Positions 52,420 through 63,830 of a stretch of DNA of 64,000 nt are shown here, one piece after another. How positions within the stretch are numbered: position 1 is the stretch's first letter; the number at the start of each line of letters is the position of its first letter. Made by a program: the position numbers and the translations under genes. Under the pieces are notes generated by a model. That model saw only the letters and a list, made by a program, of their open reading frames with translations, was not told where the DNA came from and made no database searches. This DNA comes from an uncultured Verrucomicrobiae bacterium (GTDB taxonomy: Bacteria > Verrucomicrobiota > Verrucomicrobiia > Chthoniobacterales > JAFAMB01), in NCBI GenBank assembly GCA_963782115.1, contig CAWAIK010000005.1:96001-160000 (forward strand), read 5' to 3'.

Positions 52420-53116
52420 ATGAAGTCGATCCTTTCGCTTTACCAATCGTCCATCGGCAAAAAATGGATCGTCGCGCTCACAGGCATCATTCTTGCATTT
52501 TATGTTATCGGCCATTTGTTGGGCAACTTGCAGATTTTTCATCGTCCGCGCTCAGATCAATATCTACGCCGATTTTCTTCATTCTCACGAGATGCTGCTC
52601 TGGATAGTGCGTGTTATCCTGATCGCGGCATTCGCGCTGCACATCCTAACGACCGTGAAACTGGTCGCGGAGAACCGCGCAGCGCGGCCCGTGCGTTACG
52701 CGCAGAAAGTGGACCGCGCGGCGACTACCGCAGGAAAAACGATGATAATTAGCGGCGTGATCCTGTTCTGTTTCGTGGTTTTTCATCTGCTCCATTTCAC
52801 AACGCAGAATGTGAATCCCGAATTCCGGACCTACCACGACGAACAGGGTCGACACGACGTTTTCAAAATGATGATTGTCGGCTTCCAGAACCCCCTAGCA
52901 TCGGGCTTTTACGTAGTCGGGATGTATCTGCTATGCATGCACTTGAGCCACGGCGCGCAAAGCATTTTGCAGACGCTCGGGCTGAACAACAAAACGCAGC
53001 AAGAGCTGCAAGCCGGGTTGATGATCGCAAGCCGCGTGTTCGCCTGGATCATTTTCGCGGGCTATATTTCCATCCCCCTGGCTGTAGTCTTCGGCTTCCT
53101 CAAACCTCCAGCATGA
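52420..53116 (+). pseudogene. sdhC: Succinate dehydrogenase cytochrome b subunit, frameshift near 52540
   Basis: [29 protein letters not shown]. Confidence 0.88.
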
Positions 53117-53225
53117 CAAACGGATTCTATTCGCGTGAGAAGCAACGAGTGATGGCCGACTTTCAATTGGCTTTCGTCGAATGTCTCGCGCGTAATCTGA
53201 CTCAGTTAAGGTTTGGAAAATTCCC

Positions 53226-53614
53226 ATGAACTTGATCCTCCGAGTCTGGCGCCAGAAGAACGCGCAAAGTCACGGTTCCTTTATCGATTACCAGGCGAAG
53301 AACATATCCCCCAACGCCTCGTTTCTCGAGATGCTCGACGTCGTCAACGAAGACCTGATTGTCAAAGGCGACGACCCGATCGCGTTCGATAGCGACTGCC
53401 GCGAGGGTATCTGCGGCATGTGCTCGTTGATGATCAACGGTATCCCGCACGGACCACGGCGGTCAACAACGACCTGCCAACTTTACATGCGGAATTTCAA
53501 AAACGGCGACAGGATCCGCGTTGAGCCATGGCGCGCCAAACCGTTCCCGATCATTGGATCGCGAAACTGAACCGCGAGTACGTTCGCGCGGTTGTCAAAG
53601 AACCTGACTCCTGA
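53226..53614 (+). pseudogene. sdhB: Succinate dehydrogenase Fe-S subunit with internal deletion
   Basis: [24 protein letters not shown]; jumps from PFPII to WIAKLNREY. Confidence 0.9.
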
Positions 53615-53954
53615 GCATATGTCGATCGCGAAATTGGAGGGGACGTGTAAATAAAGCGATTGTCGCGTTGTCGTTTGAATGCAATTGCGATCTTGCAGTC
53701 TTGTCGAACTTCAGAAAATTCGGCTCACTCCTTTGCGGACAGAGTGCAAGGACTCGGCGCCTGACTCAACCAGCTGAATGCGCCATTCCTCAGATGGAAT
53801 CAAGCGACCTTCCAGCAAAGCTTCGAGGAACTCGCCTATCCGATCGACTTCGAAATCGATGTGGACCGCAACCGGGCCCGCCGACAGTTGCGGCATGTGA
53901 ATAGAACTTATGATACACTCTCGAAACGGGCGCCGATTCAAAATCAAGTTTTTT

Positions 53955-54017
53955 CAAAGCCATCTGCGAGGATCTGAACCAGACCTTGCCGAGAATGGAT
54001 TGGGTACTTCAAGCACA
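53955..54017 (+). mobile_element. Group II intron RT/maturase scrap
   Basis: ICEDLNQTL..WIGYFKH, resembling the maturase LNxxLRGWxxYF motif (frameshifted). Confidence 0.5.
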
Positions 54018-54210
54018 GGGTGTCACGCCCGCTTCGACCGCCAGACGCGCGTGGACTGATCGCGGCAACACCGAATCGCGATATTCGCGGGATTGGGTCT
54101 CAAACAATTCCCAACTCGGCATCGACACAAGGCGCACGGGAATTTTCTGTTCCTGTAACGTTTCTCGCGCCGCGACTATCAAGCTGACTTCCGAGCCACT
54201 TGCGATCAAG
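54018..54210 (-). pseudogene. tkt: Transketolase C-terminal fragment
   Basis: [27 protein letters not shown]. Confidence 0.85.
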
Positions 54211-54214
54211 AGTC

Positions 54215-54890
54215 AACGACCTCCGGCCCGCGAGCGCCCCTCCAACAACCGCTGCGCTTGCCGCCCGGTGGCTCTAGTCATGGCCCATCCGCTGGTTGAG
54301 CCGATCGAATGCCAGCTCCGTATTTTGGAGCCGCTGCGCATCGTTGTGGCGCAGAGCCGCGAAGAGATCTCTCTCTTTGACTGGCTTTTGTGGCGTTATC
54401 ACTATCTGCCTTACAGCAGCGGAGCGGTGGGTGAAAATATCAAGTATCTGGTTTTTGATGGTCGCGCTCGTCCGTTAGCCTGCCTGCTTTACGGGGCCGC
54501 GGCGTGGAAGCTGGCAGTGCGTGACAAGTTCATCGGCTGGAGTAAACAGCAGCGCGAAGCCAACCTGTGCTACTTAGCAAACAACCTGCGTTTTCTGATC
54601 CTGCCTTGGGTGCGAGTCAAAAACCTGGCTTTCCTATTTCTTAAGCGCTTCGCTGGCGATGCTCTCCGGAGATTGGGAGCTCAAATATGGTCACCCGATC
54701 TACCTGGCCGAGACATTTGTTGAGTGCCAACGTTTCCGCGGGACGTGCTATCGAGCGGCCAACTGGAGCTGGCTGGGTCAAACCCAGGGCCGCGGCCGCA
54801 ACGACTGCTCTCGCCTCTCTCGGGTACCGATCAAAGACATTTATGTGCGGACGCTTTGTAAGGACTTTCGCCAGCGTCTGAGCCAGAGTT
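54215..54890 (+). pseudogene. DUF4338-family protein, 5'-truncated and frameshifted
   Basis: YHYL..VGENIKYLV, RDKFIGW, NNLRFLILPWVRVKNLA, ETFV, GTCYRAANW..LGQTQGRGR. Confidence 0.83.
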
Positions 54891-54957
54891 CCGCTCCAAG
54901 ACCGACGTCTGTGCTCTGCGATGCCGGCCATCGTTCAACGACTTCTGGCTTTAGACT

Positions 54958-55485
54958 ATGCTCTTAGAGAAGTTACTCCATTTGCTAGGCGGCTGGGCGC
55001 CCGCCTTCGGCCAACAGTGCACCCGTGAGCGGGCCGTCGCGCTGGCCCTCGGCTTACTCTGCGGCTTAGGGCGTCGCACCGTCACGCGCGCGATCTGCTT
55101 TAACAACCGCCAGCATCAGGACTGGAGTGCCGATTACAAGCTCTTTAACCGCAGTCGATGGGATCCACACGCCCTGTTTGAGCCGATCATCCAGACCGCC
55201 GTCGGCCAATACTGCCCAAAACACATTGTGGTCGGTTTAGACGACACCGGGATCAAACGCTCGGGCAAAAAAATTAAGACCGCCTACTGGCAGCGTGATC
55301 CCCTCAGTCCACCTTTCCACATTAACCTGATGTGGGGCCAGCGCTTCCTTCAGGCCTCGTTCCTCGCGCCCCTCTACCACTTCGATAGAGAAAGCTCACC
55401 GCGCGGTCTGCCCATCCGTTTTGCAGAAGTTACCCCAGTGCGCAAGCCGGGCAAAAACGCGACCCCTGAACAAAAGGCCGTTACG
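54958..55485 (+). mobile_element. IS701-like (DDE_5) transposase N-terminal fragment
   Basis: DWSADYKLF, GLDDTGIKRSGKKI, RDPLSPPFH.NL.WGQRFLQ. Confidence 0.75.
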
Positions 55486-55568
55486 GGACAAGGGCGAGGA
55501 TGATGAATGCTTTGACATCCTGCCCAACATTTGAGGTGACCTTCTCCACACACATCCACGCCAGCGAT

Positions 55569-56096
55569 ATGATCGCGTACAAAATCTCAAAGAATGCGAG
55601 GATACTTTTTCTTGGCATCAATCCGCATCCGGGTTCCTATCGGCGCGGCGTGCCATTTTCCAACAACAAAATGTTTTGGTATCTGCTGAACCGAGCCGGG
55701 TTACTCCAGGAAGCAGAAAGTGATCTGAAGAACGACCAGTTCCTCAAGGCAATCTACGACAAAAAGTTCCTGCCGGAATACGGGCTGAATTTTGTGAATC
55801 TGGTGGATCGGCCCACGATAGACGCGAAGGAACTGAAAAAAGGAGAGGAGCATGCAGGAATAAGACGGGCGTTAAGAATCATTCGGACTTACAGGCCGAA
55901 AGTGGTTTGCTTCATCGGAAAGATCGCGTTCAACAAATTTTACGGCAGCCGAAAATGCGATTGGGGTTGGCAAACAAAGATCGACGATGCTAGGGTTTAT
56001 TTGATGCATTTTCCAATCCGTGGCCCGGCGGCGATCCGGGTAACGGAGTTAAGCGAAGTGAAACGAGCCAGTGCCCCGAGTCATAGCCTCCTTTGA
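55569..56096 (+). CDS. mug: Mismatch-specific uracil-DNA glycosylase (family 2 UDG)
   Basis: LFLGINP, N.MFW, NLVDRPT, PKVVCFIGK; start uncertain. Confidence 0.82.
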   Translation: MIAYKISKNARILFLGINPHPGSYRRGVPFSNNKMFWYLLNRAGLLQEAESDLKNDQFLKAIYDKKFLPEYGLNFVNLVDRPTIDAKELKKGEEHAGIRRALRIIRTYRPKVVCFIGKIAFNKFYGSRKCDWGWQTKIDDARVYLMHFPIRGPAAIRVTELSEVKRASAPSHSLL

Positions 56097-56190
56097 GCTC
56101 ACCACCGACCCAAAGGCATCTGCAGTTTTGATCTATATCATTAAGCAATGCGAATTGGTGTTATGAAACGACGAACCCGCGGATCACGTC

Positions 56191-56436
56191 CTAAATAATT
56201 ATATCTCTTTCTTCAAGAGCCTTTGCCACATCCTCCACGCTGGCATCCGCCAGCATCTTGCCGTCAACATCGACGCTTGGACTGAGGCATTGCCCTGATG
56301 CCGCCTTCAATTCCTTTGCGTAAGCAGGGTTGGTCGTCACATTCTTTATCTCGTAGGGAACGTTTAATTCGTTCAAAAAGCCCATGACCGCAGCTGCCCA
56401 CGGACAGCCTGCTTTTTTGTACAAAGTTATCTTCAT
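56191..56436 (-). CDS. Glutaredoxin-like protein
   Basis: LYKKAGCPWA, SGQ..SP.V.VDG. Confidence 0.82.
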   Translation of the reverse strand: MKITLYKKAGCPWAAAVMGFLNELNVPYEIKNVTTNPAYAKELKAASGQCLSPSVDVDGKMLADASVEDVAKALEERDIII

Positions 56437-56605
56437 ATAGTTGCACCAACATTCATCTCCAGATTCCTTGATGCAAGCGTGGCCGGTACGCTGCGCTCGC
56501 TCCAAGACTCCTGCGATTGCACAAAAAGTCACGCGAGGATATATTGTATTCGACGATGACAATATCCGCACGACGGAGTTTTAGGATACTGAGGCCGAGC
56601 TAAGA

Positions 56606-56968
56606 GTGAGACACGAACTAAAAATCAAGAGGGTGTATGAAAAACCGGGCAAGAATGATGGCAGGCGCATTCTGGTGGACAGGCTCTGGCCGCGAGGTTT
56701 GACAAAAGTAAAGGCAAAGGTTGATTTGTGGCTGAAAGACATTGCTCCGAGCACAGAGCTTCGGAAATGGTTCGGACACGATCCGAAGAAGTGGCGAAGC
56801 TTCCGCGGACGTTATCAAACAGAGCTCAAACATCACGACGATCAGCTCGGGTTGTTAAAGAGCAAGCTTAAAGAAGGACCCGTCACTCTGGTCTATGGAG
56901 CTCGCGATCAAGAGCACAATGAGGCCGTTGTCTTAAAGCAGTTTCTGGAAAGAAGGAACAAGCAATGA
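56606..56968 (+). CDS. DUF488 (YeaO-like) protein
   Basis: [36 protein letters not shown]. Confidence 0.9.
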   Translation: MRHELKIKRVYEKPGKNDGRRILVDRLWPRGLTKVKAKVDLWLKDIAPSTELRKWFGHDPKKWRSFRGRYQTELKHHDDQLGLLKSKLKEGPVTLVYGARDQEHNEAVVLKQFLERRNKQ

Positions 56969-57275
56969 GATCTCAAAGTTTTTAATGGTTGCTCGAATTT
57001 TTCTTTCGAGAGCTCATTAGTTGATCTTACTGACCATGGCCTTCTCCAGCTTCACCTTGTTGGCCGCGAACTTGCAAATCCCTTCCGCGGCGCCAAGAAA
57101 CCCGGCAGGAATTAATCGCGGTCCGTTGTGTATGGTTTGGAATGTTACCTTTAAATAATTGGACGGGTCCTGTTAGGTCAAGATAGTTGTCGCAGCCTTT
57201 GACGTTGAATCGTGTCAACAGATTATTCAAAACGTATGAGTTGTGGTTCTCTTTGGGCGGCGGGAATTTCGTGTG

Positions 57276-57857
57276 TCAGTTTGTGCTTTCAGGTGTCGCT
57301 CGAGAGCGTTTGCGCGACGGCTTGCTTTGAAAGGCTGGCGAATTCTCAGCCGGATAAGTGATCCGGCTACCTAGGACTTTGGCGAAGCGCGTGAGAGTAT
57401 GAATTTGGCGGCGCGCCAGACTCAGGATGTGCTCGGTGTGAATGCCTCGAACCAATAGCGCATCCGCAATCAGCGAGCGATGACAGCGCCAGGGCACCGC
57501 TTCAGCACACATCAATGCGATGCGGTCCCGGTTCGCCAATTGGATCAATTCGTCGAGACTCGTCTCAAATTCCGGTGTCTGCATGTAATCAGCAAAACCG
57601 CGGAACGATCCGTTGCACCATCCGACGTTAAGCGAATCGCGCGCTGGATGGCGCAGGCCGCCGAGTCCAGCCATGTGAACGTAGCCCACGCCAACCTTCT
57701 TCAGTGATCCCGGGAGGGAATCCGCGTTGAATTGAGGATTGTGTCGCGAGCGCGGGATGGTGCGCACATCCACCACCCAACTGACCCCATGCGCCAGCAG
57801 CAAGTTGATGAATTCCTCGATCGTCCGCGTGGAATGGCCGATTGTCAGCACAAAAGG
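57276..57857 (-). CDS. DUF488-family protein (HST type), 5' end probably lost
   Basis: TIGHSTR, DVRTIPRS, LGGLR, MCAEAVPWRCHRSLIAD. Confidence 0.85.
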   Translation of the reverse strand, partial: PFVLTIGHSTRTIEEFINLLLAHGVSWVVDVRTIPRSRHNPQFNADSLPGSLKKVGVGYVHMAGLGGLRHPARDSLNVGWCNGSFRGFADYMQTPEFETSLDELIQLANRDRIALMCAEAVPWRCHRSLIADALLVRGIHTEHILSLARRQIHTLTRFAKVLGSRITYPAENSPAFQSKPSRKRSRATPESTN

Positions 57858-58243
57858 ATGCTCCGGATCGGAGTGACGCCAATTCCACCAGCAAGGAAGA
57901 CAGCCGTCCTGGCGACATTGTTGTGCAAAGTCAGATTGCCACCGGGCTCGGAGATCTTAACTTCGGTATTCAAGGGTACTTTTGCCAGTTCGCGCTTGAA
58001 GGCCGTATCGCGCGTTCGAGTCGCCACCATGAGCGTGTCTTCGTACGGCGCACTGGCGATTGAGAACCCGCGCACATTGCCTTCGGCGTCCGTTTCGGCT
58101 GGATGAAGCTGCGTAATGTCGATCCATTGTCCTGATCTGAAGACAAAATTCGCGGGTTTTTCAAACTGGAAAGCCATGGTGCGCTCGGCAACCGGAAATC
58201 GATTCTTCAGTTTCACCAGATAGGTTGTTGGCTCACTGCTCAT
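57850..58243 (-). pseudogene. Second FNR-like oxidoreductase, N-terminal half only
   Basis: Paralogue of 44467-45208, breaks after GGIGVTPIRSIL. Confidence 0.88.
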
Positions 58244-58269
58244 TTGTTTCCTTTCGATTGACTTAAGCT

Positions 58270-59163
58270 TGCCTGTGCATGGCGGGCGACATTGGTGAGC
58301 GCTTCCTGGGCGACCCGATAAATCACCGTTCGCTTGACATTGTCCAATTGTTCAAGCTCAGCAGAGACCGTGAAACGAATGTGGATGCCCGTCCGTTCCG
58401 TAAAGCTTTTCATATACGAATGAAGGGCGGGAATAAGCCCCAGTTCGTCCAGGAGCATCGGACGCAATTCACAAGCGAACCGATGCACGATTTTCATCGA
58501 TTTTTCCACAAGCTGTTGCGTGCTGACGATTTTCTTCTTGAGACTACTGGTGTTGACCGTGGCCTCTTTTGTTAATGTCGCCAAACTGATGTTGATTCCC
58601 GTCAAGGTCTGCGCGATTTCATCATGAAGCTCGCGGCTAATCTGCTTTCGTTCTTCCTCCTGCGCAGACAAAACCTGGTGCGACAGATGCCGCAATTGTT
58701 CCTGCAAATGACGCGATTGCTCCAATAACAGGCTGTAGTGTTGCTGGCTTTTCTTGAGGGCTTCCTCCGCGGCCCTGCGCTTGACGATTTCATGCTTCAA
58801 CTGCCGATTAGCGGCGGCCAGCTCAACGGTGCGCTGGCTCAGCGTCTCGTTCACTTGGTTCAAGTGGCCATTGGTCTCCAGCGCGGCGCGATGAGTTTTC
58901 TCGATTGGTGTGAGTGCTCTGCTAAAGAAAGTACTCGCTCGCTTGATAACGCCATCTTTGGTTCTGGATACGAAACTCGGCGACACCAGTGTAATCAGTG
59001 CTTGCTCGTGAATCTTGACCATGTCCAAGGTCTCTAGCCCGATTGCCATGGCTTGGCGTCCCAGTCCATCAGCCGGCTGCAAGCTCGCCCGTGGCCCTTC
59101 CTTCAAATGTTTTCGCAACGCCGCCAGATATCGTCGCGATATCCTGGCCAACTTTCCTTTCAT
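58270..59163 (-). pseudogene. HisKA_3 sensor histidine kinase lacking most of the ATPase domain
   Basis: EEERKQISRELHDEIAQ, LRP, QEALTNVARHA then break. Confidence 0.85.
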
Positions 59164-59261
59164 CCTGTATCTCGAATTCACGCGTTCCAAGCCGCCAATC
59201 CAATATCATTGTCCGACCTCTGTGCAAACCTGTCCATGGGGTAAACCCCGACCTGTTCTGT

Positions 59262-60483
59262 TCATATGATGAGAGGCTCTTGTCCTGTTACCTTCAACTT
59301 GTAGTTATGAAAACCTTGGCTCGCCAACTGCCTCCACTCATCTGAATCCGGCGGCCTACCGTTCGGCCAGAAGTACGGCGATATGTCTTTGCCCGTGTAG
59401 CGCTCGCGAGGTTCCAACCGATTGAAGATCCCGTGGAGCAGTGGCATTGACAGCAGGCGGTGCAGGTGCTGAATATTTCTGGGATATTTCCAGGCGATCG
59501 TGTGGGCCACCACCCACGAAGCAACAACGGCGCCGATCCCCACCAACCCGAGAATCATTCCAACTGGACTCTCGTTATCCTTATCCAGAACGATGTGGTT
59601 CATGTTACGCACGAATCCCGTCAAGATCACCAGCCCGACATGGATTACGAGGAAGACGAGGTAACCGACCAGAAGGAGAAAATGAATGGATCGAGCCGAT
59701 TGTCTGCCCCCAAAAAGCTTCGGATACCAAGGGAATCGGTTGACGGCCGCGGGCGACATCGCGATGCCGGTGAGCATCGAAAGAGGCGCCATGATGAAGA
59801 TCACTGCGAAATAGGCCATCTGTTGAAGCGGGTTGTAACTGTAAAAGCCGTTCGGTTCAGGCGGTAAGTGAAGAGTTGTATAATGGACGAAGTCATTCCA
59901 AGCGCCAGGAATAATGCCCCAAGATGTCGGAACGAGCCGCTTCCACTGCGTCGTGCAAAAGAGAAGCAGGACAAAAATAAACCCGTTCAGGAGAAAAACG
60001 CAGACAGTCAGAAAATGCCAAGAGCGAGCCATCCCGACCGTGTGCCGGTATCCAGGTAAAGCGACCAGTGAGCGAAATGTAGCGAGCGTCGTCTTTCGCG
60101 GTCCAAACCCGATGCGGAGGCACCGCGATCGGCGTAAACGTGATCCAATCCGTTTTAGGAGTGCAATTCCGATTCCAGTAGAGCCGCGGATGATCCATTA
60201 AAATCGACAAACCGCTTCGGGCAAGCAGCATCAAGAAGAAGAAGTTCACGAAATGCGTAAGTCCGATCCACGCCGGAAACCCGTGCGGCTCGCCTTGCAC
60301 AACATGCGGCGGAGTGACCGAAATGCTGGGAAGACCGAAAAACAGAAATTGAATCCAGGCGACCGTTACGGGGACCAGCAAAATAACAACAATAATTACG
60401 GTTTCCTTCGCCCGTATTCGAATTCGGAATCTCCGATCTTCGGGATAATGCACTTTCCGATGAGCTGCGTCAAATGCTCGCAT
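59262..60483 (-). pseudogene. Cytochrome b-domain / molybdopterin oxidoreductase fusion, 3'-truncated
   Basis: HFVNFFF, HPRLYWN, YNPLQQMAY, ARSIHF, ISPYFWPNG..YKLKVTG; frameshift near 60060. Confidence 0.78.
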
Positions 60484-60645
60484 GGTCATAAAGATTGCGA
60501 TTTTTGAAACTGGATTTCGAGCTGTTAGGCAAATCGACGTGGGGGTAATCGACCTCGTTGACGATGCCTGTGGCTCCAATGTCTGGAGCGCCAGGTGCGT
60601 TACGATTTGATGTAATCATCATGCTCCTGTTAATTAATTCTGGGA

Positions 60646-61320
60646 TCAGCCGCCATGAGCGAAAGCGGGATAATCCGTCATGCCACCATCTACGAAAACC
60701 GTGCGTCCGGTCACATAAGAGGAAACATCCGAAACCAGCACCACCACTAGGCGAGCGATTTCTTCAGGCTCTCCTATCCGGTGGAGCGGGATTTTCTCCA
60801 GCAAGTCTTGCAGGCTCTGTGGATCGCTCCAAACGGAGCGGTTAATCGGTGTCTTAATCGCCCCAGGTGCGACCGCCAACACGCGCACTCCATGAGGGCC
60901 AGCTTCCTGGGCCAGGGTCTTGGTCAGCATGCTGACGGCCGCCTTGCTGGCCGTGTAGGCGCTGTATCCGGACCATGCGATTTCTTCGTGCACCGAACTG
61001 GTGCTCAGCACAACGCCGGTCTTCTGAGGCACCATGCGCTTTAGGGCTTCGCGGGCGCGGTAGAAGGCTCCAAACATATTAACCTCGATCACTTTTCGCC
61101 ATGCTGTTTCCTCAAACAGGATTACCCCACTGATAAATTCGTTCAGTCCTGGGGTAGTAAACAACATGTCACGATAGTTCCGCCGGGACTCTTCCGTAGA
61201 CGCAAGATCGATCGCCGCGAATCTCTTTTTGATCGTCGGATAACTCTCATCGGCCGCCAGGATGCCTTTGCCAGCAGCGAGCAGTGACTCACTCGTTGAT
61301 TCCATTGCGGGGATAGTCAT
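60646..61320 (-). pseudogene. In-frame chimera: class I aldolase N-terminus plus glucose-dehydrogenase-like SDR C-terminus
   Basis: GKGILAADES...ISGVILFEET joined to AWRKVIEVN...SSVHE, YTASK, PGAIKTPIN, VDGG. Confidence 0.88.
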
Positions 61321-61364
61321 AAGGTCTCGAATCGTCTTCGCGATTGCCACTGATCGTCGTCACA

Positions 61365-61500
61365 ACTCAGTAGTTGAGATTCCGTTTAACGTGCAATGTC
61401 GCGCCAAGCGAAGGAACGTGGTATTCCGGCGCTTGCAGGATGGTTTCCTTTGTCAATTTCACGAACACCTTGGACTCTTCGTGACTGATCCAGTCGAAAC
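61365..61500 (-). pseudogene. PRC-barrel C-terminal fragment
   Basis: DWISHEESKVFVKLTKETILQAPEYHVP, paralogous to the end of 45256-45993. Confidence 0.8.
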
Positions 61501-61521
61501 AATTTCACCTCTCGGCGTTTT

Positions 61522-61905
61522 CTAAATTACCGAGTCATTTGAGACGCAAAGAATCATTCGAAGCTTGCCGGCGATATGGTGGGCTAAGTCGATCATTTCT
61601 GTGGCAACATCGCTGGGCAGCTGAGCACGACAATTTGCCTGCCAAAGAAAAAGCCAGCGCTCGAAATGCTCTTCCCGCAGGCTGAGTGACAGGTGTTTCA
61701 TCGGCATTGCTCCCGCATAGGTCCGCGGTCCACCGATGAGCGTTTCCCAAAAGCTTGTGATGATTTCCAAGTGAAGTTTCCAATCTTTGATCTTCGCGTT
61801 AAATATCGGACCGATCAGGGGATCTTGACGTACATCAGCATAGAAATAATGTAACAACTTGGAAGTTCCTCCATATCCACCGATGCGTTGGTAAAGCAGA
61901 TTCAT
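61522..61905 (-). CDS. Truncated haemoglobin (group III-like)
   Basis: LYQRIGG, FYADVRQDPLIGPIF, HLEIITSFW, PMKH, HFERWL. Confidence 0.87.
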   Translation of the reverse strand: MNLLYQRIGGYGGTSKLLHYFYADVRQDPLIGPIFNAKIKDWKLHLEIITSFWETLIGGPRTYAGAMPMKHLSLSLREEHFERWLFLWQANCRAQLPSDVATEMIDLAHHIAGKLRMILCVSNDSVI

Positions 61906-61982
61906 TGGGGAGGAAGACGAAAAAGGGATATTTTTTCGTATTTCACGGCTCAAACACTTTTGGGTGCGTTTTCAATCGTAAT

Positions 61983-62354
61983 TTATGGCGCGCGGTACCC
62001 TTCCCCTTTGAGCGCGGCTACCAGCATTTCGTCTACGATGCCTTCAAGTTGCAGTAACCGGGGAGCGCTCAATCCGTAAAGAACCGAATTTCCCGCTTCT
62101 TCTGCCTTTACGCAGCCGCAGCTCAATAAGCGTTCGAGATGGAATGAAGCATCGAGTGGGGATAAACCTGTCGCGGTGGCGATTTGCGCATCCGTTTTGG
62201 CGCCCTGGCAGAGGGTCTGCAGGATACAGAGTTGCGAATGATTAGCCAAGGTGCCGAAGAGCTCTTCCTTGCAATCCAAACCACAGCCGGATGACTGGTT
62301 TCTTGTTTTCGGACTTCCGCGGTTACCGGAGGCTAAATCAGGTGAAATATTCAT
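61983..62354 (-). CDS. ArsR/SmtB-like winged-helix regulator
   Basis: LFGTLANHSQLCILQTL, ASFHLERL..CG.V, VLYGL. Confidence 0.65.
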   Translation of the reverse strand: MNISPDLASGNRGSPKTRNQSSGCGLDCKEELFGTLANHSQLCILQTLCQGAKTDAQIATATGLSPLDASFHLERLLSCGCVKAEEAGNSVLYGLSAPRLLQLEGIVDEMLVAALKGEGYRAP

Positions 62355-62420
62355 TTAACACATTTATGTTCAACTTGCTTTTAAAGCAAGATGTAATATA
62401 CATGTTTTAGCAGTTTACCG

Positions 62421-62655
62421 ATGCGCCTGACCTTCTCCATCGATTATGCCTTGCGTGTGTTGATGCTGGTTGGACTCGAACGGAACGCCTTGTGACCATC
62501 GAGGAGGTCGCAGACCGTTTCGGAATATCAAACAACCATTTGATGAAAGTAGCGTACCAGCTCGGGCAGGCAGGGTACCTGGAAACCGTTCGGGGCGGTA
62601 ACGGAGGGTTGCGCTTGGGAAAGCCACCGGACCAGATTGTAGTGGGGAAAATACC
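62421..62655 (+). pseudogene. nsrR: Rrf2/NsrR-like regulator, frameshifted and truncated
   Basis: MRLT..IDYALRVLM, TIEEVADRFGISNNHLMKV..L...GYLETVRGGNGGLRL. Confidence 0.8.
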
Positions 62656-62848
62656 ATAATCTTGAGTCATTCCGCTGCGCCAGTCGAACAGCATACACCA
62701 ATGCCTTTTTAGAGTTTGCGGAAAAATCAGTTGGGACGAGAAGCTTCTTAAGCTGTAAAGAAGGAATCGATTTCGATGGCCGACTCGACTCTTCGACACT
62801 TTTGCCTTTCGCGGTCGATGGGTCCGATGAGTCTTCAGGAAATGTCAT
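62655..62848 (-). pseudogene. Universal stress protein N-terminal fragment
   Basis: LKKLLVPTDFSANSKKALVYAVRLA. Confidence 0.82.
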
Positions 62849-63000
62849 AAATTTTGCCTTTCACAGATTTCGTTCGTTTTAGGATCAAGTGTTGGAATGT
62901 TCTCGTCGGGACTCTGCTATGAGAATGAGCGCGCTAGCTCGCAAAAAGAGAACTTGTATGTTGTCGTGCATCACCGCGCGGTCGATCCCGGGAGGTGTAG

Positions 63001-63808
63001 ATGACGCTCGTTGAACAACTCGCCGCATTCGTGGTGCGCGCCTCTTACGAGGAACTGTCACTGGCGGCACGTGATCAACTGAAGATTCGCATTCTGGACT
63101 CGCTTGGCTGCGCGATCGGCGCTTTGAAGGGCGAGCCTATTCGGTTGATTCGCGAGCATATCGAAGATTTTGGCGGCGCCAACAATTGCACGTTGATTGG
63201 TCCTCATCGTGAAGAAATTCAACGCCGAAATCCATTCGCAGTCGGCCATCGAAGGCGCTCTGGAACTTAAACACGAGCACCATGTCGCTGGTGCGGACGT
63301 GGAGCGAATCGAGATCGGGATTTTCGACGTGGCCCACAACATCATCGGCGGCGGCGAGGAAGGCGACAAGACCATCGTATGCACAAAAGAACAAGCCGAT
63401 CACAGTCTGCAGTACATGGTGGCAGCGGCCATTTTGGACGACCAGGTTATGCCCGACCAATATTTGCCGGAGCGAATTCAACGTTCCGACGTCCAGAATC
63501 TGTTGCGGAAGGTCGCGGTGCGAGCGTCGTCGGCCTATAGTCTTAAATTCCCTAATGCGATGCCTTGCCGCATCATGATTCATTTGCGAGACGGGAGGAC
63601 GTTGACCAAGGAAAAGCAGGACTACGAAGGATTTCACACCCGGCCAATGACGTGGCGCACCGTCGCCCACAAGTTCGAGCGACTCAGCGGCGCCTTAACT
63701 GACGCGGCATTGCGCAAAGAAATTCTGGATGCCGCAGCCAGTTTGGAATCCATTCAAATTGTCGATTTAACAAACTTACTGACCCAGGTTCGGGTCGTCC
63801 GCAGCTAA
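63001..63808 (+). pseudogene. MmgE/PrpD-family protein, copy B, central part deleted
   Basis: N-terminal ~66 aa joined out of frame near 63200 to IVKKFNAEIHSQ...ADHSL...end. Confidence 0.87.
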
Positions 63809-63830
63809 CCATCATCCAAAGAATGCCATC

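Noticed and set aside
53955..54017. Reverse transcriptase system (retron or DGR)
   Set aside because: Only about 20 codons of a maturase-like motif; no YADD domain, msr/msd or TR/VR pair
54215..54890. DUF4338 as a Druantia (DruA) defence system
   Set aside because: Short, broken, flanked by IS fragments and no DruE-like helicase; fits the transposon-associated form
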